Source: Sphagnum compactum (Eukaryota). From it: a DNA stretch of 64,000 nucleotides. Positions 39,008-53,198 of the stretch are shown piece after piece (the first letter of the stretch is position 1; every line of letters starts with the position of its first letter). The notes under the pieces are model-generated. The model was given only the letters and a program-made list of their open reading frames with translations, searched no databases and was not told where the DNA came from. The position numbers and the translations under genes were made by a program. The stretch spans positions 8,050,213-8,114,212 of the forward strand of contig OZ234493.1 in the NCBI GenBank assembly GCA_965153455.1, given 5' to 3'.

Positions 39008-39619
39008 GCGCGAGAATTGGTTGGGGAGACCATCATCACAGGAAGATTTCATCACCAGATGCTACTTCATCATGGTAAACATCTTCTGATATGGAGAAAG
39101 CAAACACTTCTCGAAACGCAGCATGCACAACGCCGACAAGCATTTCAAGGTTGTCAGACCTAACCCTCGTGCAGAAGATGAAGAATTTTGCAGCAGCTGC
39201 TGCTGCTGCTTTGGAGGATGATGCATTGTGTTGGTGTGGAGTTCAAGAAGCAGGAAAACTATGGACATTTGCAAGCCCTTGAAACTCTGCTGAGGGATGA
39301 GGTCTTCTATCAAGGCAACAACAGCATGCTCTTGTTGTTGTTGTTGTTGTGTTACTACTCCCATAGGTACTTCTTTATCCTCCAAGGTGATCATCTGAAT
39401 GGCAATGCACGTTCTCAACAGGAATAAAAAATGGTCATAAGACATCATCATCCCATGTGTAAGCTATTGAACTGTTTTCCTCTGCAGAGGGTTTTGTTGC
39501 ATCTGTATGCATCAAGGAAAAAAACTCAGGTTGGTTTTGCTGTGGTTGATTTGTGCAGGATGTTGGTTTTTCTGGAAATATTTAGTAGATGCTGAAAGGC
39601 ATAGCTCCTGCTTTTAGGA

Positions 39620-41000
39620 GTAGCTGGAAGGAACCCCCTGGGGCCCCTCTTCCTCTCCACGGGTGTGTGGCAGTGTGTTGTGGATGACTGTAACCATGGC
39701 CCCCAGCAATTGCAGGTGCCTTCTTCTTCGGGTTCCTGGCATTTTGCTAATTGTCATGTAGGCATGCTTGAACCTTTACAATGATATTCGGGTTCTCTCT
39801 ATACAAAAGAAGGCCAAGGTTGCTGCATGATTTTGTTCAAGACATCTTGAACTGAGGCACCACATTGGAGGAGTGCCATGTCCTCATTAAGTTGACTTTT
39901 GCAGCCCTATGTGCAGTTTCTTGCTCATCTTGTGCAAAAGATGGGCAGGGTGCATTTCTAATCTCCACTTGGTTGGTGGATGACAATGTGGGTAGAATAT
40001 GGTGAGTGCCAAATGGAGTTTGCTTATTGCTGGCTGCTGTGTCTCTTGAGGAGATCGTCCATTGCTTGTTGCACAAATTTGAGGATCAGAGAGTGTTGTA
40101 GGCAGTAGTAATGCAGGGGACAACAGGTTTGTCTGCACACCTAATGGATGTTCCAAGTGCCACATCAATTAGTGTTCAGATCTGTCTTCCTTTGTTGAGC
40201 AGCAAAAGTAGTTAAAGAAGTCTTGATTTGAGCCAATAGGTGGTGCAGGTTTGTGACACTGCTGTATATGCGCTATTCTAATCCTGTTGCTGCAAAACTT
40301 GTTGTTGCTGACAAAAGAGTTTGGGACTGTAATGCTTTCAATAGAATTTTATTATTGCTGCCATTCTCTCCTTCCCTTTGGATAATGCACAATGTTTGAC
40401 TCATAGACTCAATGAGTTGAAAAAACTAATCTTTGCCTTACATACATTCCACTGCATAGTGGACCAGATGGTGCACAAGAGGGCAACAAGCATAAGGCTT
40501 CAAGTGATTTCCCACTTTCTTTTATTGTGTATGGTAGGAGGTGGGTCTTTTCAATTGCTGTGATTGTCACTCATGAGAGATTCCACCCTTCACTCTAAAC
40601 CTCTTAGGTTCAACTGCTCTCTCAAATGCATGTGACTGGGCACATAGAACATCGTGAAATCTAGCAAATAGTCTACAAACTTCCTAATGATATGGCAGAA
40701 TCTCTCCCCAGTGCTGATTACATCAGATAATGGCCATTGGTTAGACAGACCTTGCAGCTACTTGCCACTCAGCCATGTCCTCCCAATTGCCATTTTTTGG
40801 TATTTTCACATGGTTGTGATGTGAATTGCTGCTGACAAGAAACCAACACTAGATATCCAGTCACTGGCATTGTGGTTCACTGCTAGCCCTAGAACTAAGT
40901 TGTCCAGCTCCACATTTGGGATTGTGCCCTCACCCAAGGACTTTATCCAATTTAGGACAAGGTAATAGCCAAGTCTAGCCCAGCGTTTTGGGAATGTAGC
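39620..41000 (+). mobile_element. Degenerate LINE-like element
   Basis: GC-richer structured 5' end followed by broken frames with endonuclease-like pieces and an SGPDG motif (about 40458-40472) of the type that precedes LINE RT domains. Confidence 0.35.
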
Positions 41001-42721
41001 CAAGTCTACCCCGGCATTTTGGGAATGTTGTGCCTGCACTCATGAGCTCTACCCATCATAAAGCACAAGGCCTCCATTATCATGTAGTAGATCAGGAGTG
41101 GGCTTTACCCATCATGAAGCATGAGGTGTACATTATAATGAACTTAAACATATGTAGATCAGGAGTCGCAGGAGGAGGATGGTTCTTACAACACCCCTTC
41201 TTAAGAGTGCAAGGGATCTTACACCTATAAGTAGGCAAATTTTCCTCTCGCTCTTAAGGAGTAGAGATAAGATTTAAGATCCCTCCTCTTTTCTAGGAAG
41301 GAGATTCATGGACATAAGGTGCCTTCCAAATGCACTAGAAAATTTCTCTGAGTGGTGTATGCGTGAATAAGCATTAGAAAATGTATTACCTTGTGACACA
41401 AGGTCTAAACTTCATTATTATAGTACCATGGTCGCTCCAACACATTTTGTTGAATTATCGATTAATTTTGAGACTTCCATTTTGACAAATGATATATTCC
41501 TACATATTCCATCACATTCTTTATTTTCCTTCAGAAAAAAAATTAAACATTTCTGAAACTAATTGTTTTCTTGGGGGAAATTTCAACATTTCTGGAAAAA
41601 AAAAAGGCCAGGTACTATGATAGTCACAAGTTGAAAAATGTCATTTGTGCAAGTGAAGTGCAAGATTTGTAAAGCAATATGCTTGTGGTATATGCCATGT
41701 GATGATACCTTGATGCATCAGGCATATCTCACCCACTAGTAACAACAACAACAACAACAACAGCTTCTGACAAGCAAATATCTTGACATCTGGGGGGGCA
41801 GATAGTACATACTTGCAGTTTTTTATGCTCTTTTTGTTGCTAGCATGTCTCTTCTTCTCCCAGGTTTTGGAGTGATCTGCAGAAGCAAGAGCATCAGCTC
41901 CTGATGGGTGATTGGTTATGTAAGCCCACAAAATCCTTGATCCCCAAGGCATGATGCTGTTTGGCTTTCTTTTGCCCGGAAAGAAAAAGCAAAGGGGGGA
42001 GCAAATAATTGCTGGTGGGGTTGGACTTGAGTACTTACTACAAACAAAACTTATGTACACCATGAGGCCATCCAAACACCCAATTCCTCCTCTTCCAATT
42101 TGAATTGCCTACTTTCTTGATGGATATACTTCTTTCGATACCCAAACTTTTTGGTGTTCCTGGGTGCTTGGTTGTGATGCTGGGTTCCTTCACGTGGGTA
42201 GTCACAATTTTCCAGGTAAGTACATGGGGGCAAGAACTGGAAGTTGTGCCGCACAAGCTCTGATACTTTGTCAAATTGCAAAGGTGTCGTGGAATGTTTG
42301 TTTGTGGCATAATAGTAGATACTACAACAATGGCATAAAGGGATATCCTTTGAAGGATTTTTCATCACCTTTCTGAGTCATAGGCGTGTTGCAAAATGTA
42401 GCTCCATTGATGAAGTCATCACTCTCCATACTAGATGATGTTTCATGGTATGGCTTATTGAAAATCCTAGTTTTTCTCACTCAAGCTTGCTGGCCAAGTT
42501 TCAAAACCCTTTTTGTGGGCTGATTTTCACTCTCACTCAACTAGTTTCATTTCACACATTCACACTTGGCTTCTTCCTTTTGGTGCTCTTTTCCTTTGGA
42601 TTTTTAATTTTTAATTTTAATTTTTTTGTGTTTGTATCTTGTAGAGGCTTGTTTTACTCAGGTTCAACATTCCATTTCACATATAGACTCACTTGCTTTG
42701 CTCTTGTTTCATGCATTGCTA

Positions 42722-43040
42722 TACCCTTGAATTGAGTTCAAGGTACATGGCATTCCAAATGCATCCACATCTTATGGCATTAATATTGTACATGTTTTCT
42801 AGTTTTTGTCCTTCAATTGGGTTCAAGCTATAATGTTCCAAAAAACACCCAAAATCTTAGGGCCTTAACCCTACACAATTTTCTAGTTTTGGTGAATTTT
42901 CTTCCTTCATTTGATGTTGGCCTATCCTTCAATTGAGTTCAAGATGTTTCATGTTCCAAAAGAACTCCCACATCTTAAAGGCTTCAATCTTACACATTGT
43001 TCTAGGTTTGGCTGAATTTTCTTGCTTCCTTTGATGCTTA
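42722..43040. repeat. Degenerate tandem repeat, 3 units of 85-120 bp
   Basis: ccttcaattg(a/g)gttcaag...ttccaaa...catctta...ttctag starts at about 42725, 42810 and 42926. Confidence 0.7.
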
Positions 43041-44464
43041 AATGTACATTCCCTTTTCTTTTTTCTGAATGTCCATTCCTTATTTTTTTGGGAGAATACA
43101 AAACCCACCCATGGGTTTAAAAATTTTAGCTTTCATATTTGTTGAATTTGTTACAACATTTTCAAATAATATCCCCATGTCTTTTGGTTTCCCATCAAAG
43201 TTCTTTGAAATATGTGCTTCTTTATTTAGTCCTATTCACCACTAGACTACCTTATACAAATGTATTTTTTGGGAGGAAAAAAACCAAAAGAAAAAAAAAA
43301 AAAAACCATACTCTTCAGTATAATAGCTGGAACTTGTACAATAATAATAAGAGTTATGATAAACACAACCATGGTCATTCTACATTATAAATATTATATT
43401 TAACTTAATGCATTCATATGCTTGACTCTTTACACCATCCCAAAACAACATGAGCCCGCCTCCCCCCCACCCAAGGGTACCTACTTGTTTCATTTTCTCA
43501 TTTATTTGCTCTGCCCTAGAGAGAAGAGACTTTGAATCTGTTGAGGATTTAGGGATAAAATTTTTGCTCCATCTTGAGCTAATGTGAGATTGACAATTAT
43601 GTGTGATAGGTGGGGACACATGTGTCCCATAGGGAAAATACACAAACAGCATTCAATGTAAATTTTGAGGTAAAGAATTTAACATAAACTTCAACCACCA
43701 TGTAGGTGACTATGGAATACCAAATGTTCAGGTATTTTGCCAAGTTCACTTTGCTTGTTTGCCAAATCCACATTGCCAAATTGCCAGGTCTAACATTCCC
43801 AAGTTGCCAACTCCACATTGCTATTTTGCCAAATTACCAAGTCCACTGCCCAAATGAGCTTCAAGCTGTTCACAAATTTTTAAGTTTTTGTGTTGCACAA
43901 GGCCCGAATGTTTTTTTTCAAGTCTGCCCACACTTTTGCCCAAGAAAAGCAGATTGCCCACCCTCGCCCCCTTATTTTTTCCACATGTTGCTTAGGGCTT
44001 CCCCCCGCCCCCCACCTTTCCCTTCCTTCTTTCTCTCTTCATTTTAAAAAAAAAACTTGATGGGTATTTGAAGATTGAGAGGAGCACATTCAAAATTCAA
44101 ACTACTCACTAAATTATTTTGGAACATATTGAGCGCAAATTGAAAGGTTTTGACTTCGAATTTCTTGTTTTCTTTGAATCCATTTTTGTGAATGAGGTGA
44201 ATTTGAAGCCACCCCAATGGGATGGAAGTCCATCCATGAAAATTCATGAAATCCATCCATGGCATACAATCTATAACATTATTTCATCCATGATGTTTGG
44301 TTTATTCACAATTTTATTTTTTGCAATTAAAACCATCCATATTCTGATGAACCTACATAAAATATCATTTGTGGGATTTCAATGGGGGGATGGATGAAAG
44401 TTCATCCATTAATTTAGGGTTTCTTCTAGAAGGGACATCCCTTAGCTATGTACATCCTAGGGAC

Positions 44465-47400
44465 TATTAAAGGTGGAAAGTAATTTCTTGTTATTGTAAC
44501 AATAGATAATAAATAATTATATTAAACAAGGTTGACTTGTTACCTCTTCCCCTATTCATTAAAAGAAGCTTCCTTCTTTATTCATTAAGAAAAATTGACT
44601 AAAATAGTAGTAGGGGAAAGAGGTTAGGAACAATTAGTGGATTTGCACTAAAGTAGTGGCCATTAATCGTGATAGTGGTTAGCTACTTAGAGGTGGTGGG
44701 GTGATTGGGATAAGGTGATGATGTTTGGGTATGGGGTTGGGTTTTTTTAGGTGTGTATGTGAAGTGTGAAAACTTGGTAATGTGGTGTGTGTTGTTCCGG
44801 TAGTGTGATTGAAACCAATAATGGACCTTTGATGTATTGATGTGTTGTTATTTTTAGAATAGGAGGTTTATGAAGGTGATTTTTCAATGAACAAATGTGA
44901 GCACAACACTATTATAATTTTGATTTCAAGTTGTTGATTCTACTACTATGTTTTTTGCTCTATTAAACCATAGAAAAATAACTTTTTCTCATTTGGCATC
45001 CCAAAAACTATTATCCAAGTTTTTAGGATTTTGGGGTTTTTTGTTGAAAAATATTGGATCTATGTAGTAATGTGTTTGTCATTGGGATTGTTTCAACACA
45101 TGGAACCTAGTGGATAGTTATAATAAGGTAAACTTCATTATTTAAACTATTAGACAAAAAAATGTAGCATTAAATCTAGTTGTAGAGGAAAATATTGGAG
45201 TGGCAAGTAAAGGGTGCAAAGGACTATTGAAGTTTAGATCGGGCAAAAGGTGGTCGCAGATGTTTTATTGGATGGTGGATTTAAAGTGAACATGATTACC
45301 AAAGATCTCAAGAAAAGGTTGAGACTACCACAACCAAAGCATGCACAATACATTTTACACTTGGTTTATTGTACCATGACCAAGCTTGTAGGGCTAATCA
45401 AAAACTTGAAAATCTTCATTCATTCCATACATTATGTCCTTCGCAATATTTCAAAACAACCTATTCGATTCCAGTTACTCCATGCTATTAAACCGACCTT
45501 GGTTGCAAGATGCAAAAGTATCACAAGATAGGACACTTACCTTATCACCATTGAAGGGAATGACATTATACACACCATCTTAGTTATTAAGCGACTAAAT
45601 GGCAACACCAAGTGGCCTAAGGTATTATTATGTTGTGACCTATTGGAAGTGTTACAAATGAAAAAAAAGGCACGTTGTTCGCATCAAAACCATAATTGTT
45701 TTTGGTTGGGACCATTTCCTTACCCTAGTGGATTTCTTATAGTTATAGTACCCCAACATTTTTTACCAACATATTCAAAAGAATATATAGATAGATGAAA
45801 CTAGGTGGCCGAGGAAAAGATATAGGGCTTCAAAATTGTGGAATGGAGTGTGTCACAAGAAGTGTAGTTACACAAGCTCAACATGGGAGCAATGGGATAA
45901 CCACACTATTTAAAAATAAAAATGAAACTTGACCCTATAATAGTTGTTGTAGTTGAATAATTATTGTGAAAGTACAAGGGTGCTTTAACATGGAACTATC
46001 GTGACCTCAAGGGCATACCTCTTCATATTGCCCAACATCAAATTGAACTAGACATTATCATACTTCCAACACACCGAGTGTAATATAAGATGAACCCTAA
46101 TTATGTTGCAAGATTTGAACAAGTTTTTGCCAATTGGGTTCATCAAATCCATGAATTAAGCTACACATAGCTTTTTCCCATTGTGGTTGTTCCAAAGAAA
46201 AATGGAAAGTTCGGATTTGCATTGATTATCACAAGCTCAATGTAATAACAAAATAAACATGTATTCATTACCATTTATGAAAATACTTGATATAAGGCAT
46301 GAAGCTTCCTTTGTCCTCAATGGTTTTTATAGTTACCATTATGTCAAAATTGCACTAAAGGACCAATACAAAATTGCCTTTGTTATGGACCAAGGTGTGT
46401 TCATATGGGTAGTCATGTTTTTGGGCTTAAAAAATGTTCCTCCCACATACGAAAGGACATTAACTTAGACTTTTCGTGACTATTTGGGCACAACCATGAA
46501 GTTGTTTTTAGATGATTTAACTACATACAACAATCTCCATACCCACCTATCAAAGTTGTGATAAAGTTTCAATCATTGGTAAGAGTATGTCGTAGGCTCG
46601 AATTTGAAAAAAATGTACATTTTTAATACACTATGGATTGATCCTAAGGTTTGTAATTTCAAAAGAAGGAAAATTATTGGATCCTCATAAAATTGTTGCA
46701 ATTATCAACATGCATGTACCAAAAACACCAAATGACGTCTAGGTGTTCAATGGTCTAACACCATTTTAAAATTGCTTTTGTAAAAAAAATTGTGTTCATC
46801 ATGGCTCCAATCACCAAACTCATGTGAAAGGCCAAGCCATTTGAATGGACTACCAAATGCTTAAAAGCATGGTAGTTGATAAAACTTGTGGTATGTGGAA
46901 TCTCCCATATTGATAATTGCCAATTGGGAACTAAAATTCCATGTGCACACAAATACCTCCAATCTTGCAATAGATGCCATGTTGGCTCAAAATATTGCTG
47001 GGAAATGCAACCATCCCGTTTCTTATGCACCTCACCTATTCAACAATGTTGAAAGAAATTATACCACTACCAAGAAGGAGGCCTTAACCATGGTTTATGT
47101 TTTGCATAAATTTTTCCATTAGACAAAAGTTTGTCTTTTACATATATCAAATGACCTTGGTTTAGCTTGTCAACAAACCCCAAGTTTTTGGCCAAATCAC
47201 ATGATGGCTACTATTATTTTTCGAATATGACTTTATAATAGTCTATAAACCATGCAAAATTCGTGTAGTAGCAAATGCCATATCATGCCTACCTAATGCA
47301 ATTAAACATATTGACATGCCATATCAAACCATAGATAAAACGTTGTTTATTACTCCAGCTAACTATGTTCAAGATATCATTGCCTATCTAAATATTGGTC

Positions 47401-50400
47401 AATTCCCTACAAACTATAGTTTAAAGACTACTGGAAGTTGGCATTATGAACTATGTAATTTGGTTTGGTAAATGGTTAACTTTGTTGTATTTGCCAAGAC
47501 TAGGTCTTATGTCATTGCCTCACCTTAGTTGAAATCCCCACAATACTACAACTATGTCATGATGGTAATGGCCATTTTTTTCTTGAGATTGCTATAAGAA
47601 AAATTATGGACACCAAGTACTAGTGGCCCACCTCTTATTCAAGGATACCATGTAATATTACAAAAGTTGTGACATAATAGGCCAAAAATCAAGCAATGGA
47701 CTCCAACTAATTACTAGTTGAACCATTCATGAAATGGAGCTTGGATTTCATTGAACTCATTAAACTAGCTGGATGATATATATGGAATTGTTACATCCTT
47801 GTGGCAATAGAGGGCACTACCAAGTGGGTTGAAGTTTGAACATTCAACACCAATACAACTTTAGTAATTTATCTATGATGTATTGTCACTTGTTTTGGAT
47901 GTTTGTTGCATGTTGTCACGGACCAAGGAACTCACTTCATAAACAATGTCATTGCCTACTTCACTGGCAAACATTTTTTGTTGTGGCATACCAACTTTAC
48001 TACTTATTACCCACATGGTAATGGGCAACCAATTGAGTCCCCCAATAAGGTTTTTGGCATTCTACTTATTAAATTAATCAATGATTAATGCAAAAATTGG
48101 AACGGATATATACATTTTGTGTTGTTTGGCTATTGTACAACATACAAAGTCATTATTAGATACACCCCTTTCTAGTTTATTTATGACTTATATCCATTAG
48201 TGGAGCTAAAAGAAAACCATGTCCCCAAATGAATTCTTGTAATTTGCACAATAGAATTGGAGCTAGTAAATGAGCAATGCATCCAAGCCTAAAAGCCAAT
48301 TGGATTCCATAAGTGGAATCAAATAGCATGGCCCCAAAACTACCACTAAAATAAAATTGCTTTAAAGACTATGTATTGTGGGTTCCCAAAGAATGTAAAG
48401 AACACACATGTAAGTTCAAACAACATTTGTTTGGACCCTACCACATTCAATATTGCCTGCTTAATTATATTGCATTATTCATCCGCGTTGAACATTTTGA
48501 CCTTAACCTAGTACTCATCAATGTGAACAAATTCAAGCCTTACCATATTTATCTAATGATACTAAAAAGATTACTATCAAGTTTCAAAGGAGGAATAGGG
48601 TGACTTTAAAGGAAAATGTACATACAATAAATGAAAAAAAAGTAATAGACGAAGAGACAATAATAGACCATGCAACCAATGATGATACAACATAGGACAA
48701 TATAATAAATGACAATACAATATTTGACAAATCAATTACATATGAAAGGAAAATAATCAATGAAGATACAATAGTTAACTGGACATTTGTATACCATGTT
48801 ATAAACAATGTAGTAGTCATAGATGGAGCATCTGACCTAATACAAAAGGATGATGAAAAAATTGGATGAAAAATTACATCTATCCCCTACAAACATTTAT
48901 ACAATACAAGGATATATTGTCATAAAAAAAACCATTTAATAAGGAAAAAAATCAACAACCTAGTCCCTATAACTACAAGAACTATTAATGGTGAATTAGT
49001 GAATGGGGGTGGCAATTATGGTAGCCCTAGAATAATAAAAGGCAATAGTTATGTTACCTTTCAAATAATTAGGGGAAATAATTATGGCAACTTCAAATCA
49101 TTAACAATTGCATGTTCTATGATTGGGAAAATAGTCCCTAAACACATTAAAGGGCATCATCGTAACAATGACACTTGTAAGGCATTACATAAATGTAACA
49201 ATAGTAACATCACAACCATTAAAAAGGGGTGTGGTTAGATAATGGCCACATGCGCCTTTTGCAAAACGGTTCCTAACATTTGAGGTTGCAATTGTTGGGT
49301 AATAAAAGGCAAGATGACCCCATAGCTTGGCATTTGAGTGCTTGCATTGTAGAGGTTTAGGGAGATCATAACAAATAATAGGAAATTGTTTGCAAGAGAA
49401 TCATTCGTGGAAAGAATGTTCAAGCGAGTAGTAAAATAGGTGCATCAAAACATAGCAAGTTACAATAGGAAATTGTTTAAAGAAACAATGAAATGAAAAA
49501 GGAGGGCTATTAGATCAAGAAGTATTACAAAATATGATGGAAAGGTGAAGAAGACAAGGCATGATAATACTCACTTTGATGATGAGGAAATATAAGCTCA
49601 TGTAGTAGCAATGATACAAATGGTCAAGGTCTGGTTCAAGAGATTGAAACTAGGTGAAAAAAATTGGACTATTATGGTTGTGGGGACTCCAATAGTTTTT
49701 TAGAAGAGTTCATGGTGCATTTAATTATAGTAAAGAAGAGGCAGATTGTCTTCCAAATGTGGGCAAAAACGTCGATGGGCAAGTTCATTTCTAGGATTGA
49801 TTAAGATCTAAATTGTATCTTGATAATTTTTTGTTACCAGTGGTAGCTGAAGGAATTTGTTGCTTCCTAGTTAACTAAGCAGTGAAACTATTAAATTTGG
49901 CTAGTTTTAGAAGGATATGGTGGTAATTAATTTATCACCACACTTTTGCTAATTTGGAGGATTAAACATGGAATAAGTTGGACCACATTATTATTTAGGT
50001 TTTAGAAGGTGGTAAGTAGAAACTCCACCAATTAATTTTGGTTAATTAGTTGGCCAATTAGCTATCACTAGGAAGGGCCTCATTTGGGGAGTTTGGCTGA
50101 TTTGTGGAACATGGAAGGTGGGAAAACTATGATATTTAGAAGAAGGGAAATCCTCTTTGGAGGACCATCTTTTCATTTTATCTTTCCCATTCTTGTTTAT
50201 GGTTGTGGTGTTTATTAGCAAAGAAGTTAAGGATGCTATTAGAGGAGAAGTTAGAAAAAGCTTGGGAGAAGTGGAAAATAACTTGTTGTACCTGAAGCTT
50301 CGGAGTAAAAAATGTTTGGTCTTATGGAAATTATTTCTTTGTACTTACATACTTGGTTTTTAAAAAGTTTCTTTAACATGTGTGTTTGTGCAAGAAATGT

Positions 50401-53198
50401 TTAATTCTATTTGGAAATCAAGACACATGAGGGTAAATGACCTTTTGGCCAACTAGGAAAAAGATGTAGTAGGTTTAAAATGTTTGGTGGTAGTCTATAG
50501 GCATTACATAGGGTTGCAACAATGGTGGAAACATTTGCAACATGTTTAAAATGTTTGGCAATAATCTATATGTGGTACATAAGGTTGCAAAAATGGTGGC
50601 AATGCATGCATCACCCATTTTCATATTCTTTATGTGTTTTTTGAGCATTTTCGTGGGTGGTAGGATAATTATTCTTTGTCTTGCATTGTTTTTGAGTTTC
50701 GACTTCTAGTCCCATAATTTTGGTTTGTTGATTTTCCATTTTTGATAAGTAAGTTCTTTTAGATGTACGTACTTGCTAGGCCCTAGAAGGTGGTATTAAT
50801 AAAAAACATGGTTTTTACATAAAAGTTGTTGGCAGAAAAGTTGTGGCTACCATATCTTGGAAGTGAAATTTCATTACCAAAACCTAGCAAGCAGGAGATG
50901 GATCGTTTCAATGCATGATTGGCACCTATAGATGCATTAATGAGAGAAGGCTAAAATGCAAGTCATATGCACAATTGGCACATGAATTACCAGGTAAGTT
51001 GGAATGATATTACAAGTTGTAACATTGAAGATAAAACAAACTTATTATAGTCATAGTCTCATGTGCATTGTCAAAGGAATCGAGGATGGGATTCACATCA
51101 ACTAAGCATATTATTGCTTCCAAGGATTGGTGTAAGAGGTTAGTGATTTCATCATCAACACCCAAAATGTAAAGTTTTTTTCTATGCAAATTTTCAACAT
51201 GCTATTATAAGTATGGTTCCCTTTTACTAGTGTTGAAAATCATGCAATAGCACAAAGGTAGGAGGGGAGGGAGGAATCAGATGATGATGTTCCCAAAGTT
51301 ATTTGAAGATTTGTTGCAAACATCAACCAATAATGTAACCCTACATCAAAGGAAGAAAGGTGTCCCCCATCCATTGCATCTCTAGTCATGTGGACATGAT
51401 TATTATTGAAAACCATCCTTAATTTTCCCTTAGAAACACATATTCCAGTAGGTAGGAATTAGGCATGTTACTACACTAGGGTCTTTGATAGAAAATCCTA
51501 AAACTACAAGATTTTACATTAATTTCAAGGTTGTTGAGTTTTTTACATTGTTGAACGTGGGTGTTATAATGAAATCAACAACTTAGAAGAAGTGGAGTTG
51601 GCTATTGTAACCACAAAAGGAAGGAGTATTAGATCCTCCACCCCCTTGAAGAATAAATGGTGGAAGCACAAGTGACCTCACTTGACACTATTGTAGCTAT
51701 CCCATAAGAGGAAATGATTGATATATTTTAGAGGTACAATGCGATTGATGCCATCAATGTGTAATTGAGGTGCAATAAGAGGAGTCAATATTGGAAGAAG
51801 ATGAAGTATCTATGTGGCTAACGATTTCTTTAGGAATATTGGAGTTGCAAAAGAATTCAATTCGCCTCCTCCAATAGCAATGAAACCAAAATCTCCACAT
51901 TAGGTACCCTTATCAAGACCCCCAATTTTTGTGCAAATACCCCCCATGGGAGTAAGGGAACTAGGCATTGGACCTACTACTATAATTTCTTCTAATGGAG
52001 CCAATCCAATTGTAGTCAATATAGTAATAACTATTGTTAATCCATTAACCAAATTTGGACAAGTTTTCAAACTAAAATATCTAATCATGTCACCATCTTC
52101 TTTAGTTTTTCCATTATTACAAGAAAATTTGAACATGATGCAACCAATTTTTTAAGCACATGAATACCTAAGCTCAATGTTTTTGATGTAATAATCTCAT
52201 TATAAGAGTTGAATTAGAAATTGTTCAAGCTATTGAGAAGCAATGGCAATCGGTAGAAAGTAAAGTTAGGCAATATTAGGACCACATTACACCACTAAAG
52301 ATTCATATGTTGGGTGAACAAAAAAAGAACTACAACCTTGTAATCACTATAGATCATAGATTGAAAAGATAAAATCTTTAACCAAAGGATGCGAACCAAA
52401 GCAAAAGAAGCAAAAGGGAGATAATGTTAAAGGTGGAAAGTAGTATTTTATTATTGCAACAATAGGGTAAGAAGGGTAAGAAGTAATTATTTTAAGTAAG
52501 GTTGATTTGCTTACCTATTTGCATATTCATTAAGACAAAATTGATTGTAGGAATAGCAAGGGAGAAAGGTTAGGAGAAATTAGTGGATTTGCATTGAAGA
52601 AGCCACAACTATTCATAGTAGTTGTTGGCTACTTAGAGGTTGTGGGGTGAATGAGATGAGATGATGTTTGGGTATGGAATGAGGTTTTTTGCTTTGTATG
52701 TGTGAGAGAACTTACTAGTGTGGTGTGTGTTGCTATGGTAATGTCAAAATAAATAAATGATTGAGTTACCAATAATGCACCTTTGATGCACAAACGTATT
52801 GTTATTTTTGGAATACAAGTTATGAAGGTGATTTTTTGGTGAACAAGTGCAAGCACATCATTATTGTAATTTTGATTTCAAGTTGTTGATTTATTTTTAT
52901 TATTCTATTATAGTTGTGCAAATGGCAATTTTGTTTGGTTCTTCAAGTTTTCTTGTCAATTTTTAATTTTAGTTGCTAGAGTAGTCACATCTATAGCAAT
53001 TGTATTGTTATAATCCAAGTTTTGATATGCATGTGTAGTTGTTTGTTAAATCATTAAGTTTTGTTGTCTTATTTTATGTCATCGTTGTAGTTGTACAATT
53101 ATTATATCTTTACCATAATCAAAATCTAGATGTATAATAGTAAAATCATTCTCACCTTTATTTTATTATTATTTTTTTAGTAAGATGTAATTTTCTCA
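44465..53198 (+). mobile_element. Ty3/gypsy LTR retrotransposon, degenerate
   Basis: Direct LTRs at 44465-~44991 and 52425-~53198 (ttaaaggtggaaagta...gctacttagaggt...attttgatttcaagttgttgatt). PBS-like tttggcatc after LTR1; polypurine tract before TG at 52425. Domain order PR (VLLDGG), RT (PIVVVPKKNGK, FLDDL), RNase H (FHVHT..S..AI.A.LAQ, ERNYTTT.KEAL), INT (VTDQGTHF, YYPHGNGQ, FGPY). Confidence 0.92.

Noticed and set aside
39072-39430. Possible divergent gene opposite SPC24
   Set aside because: Short coding-like patches in different frames with stops; no recognisable domain or exon chain.
41640-42440. Minus-strand ORFs of 90-144 aa as a gene or transposase
   Set aside because: Fragmented frames with no motif I can identify confidently.
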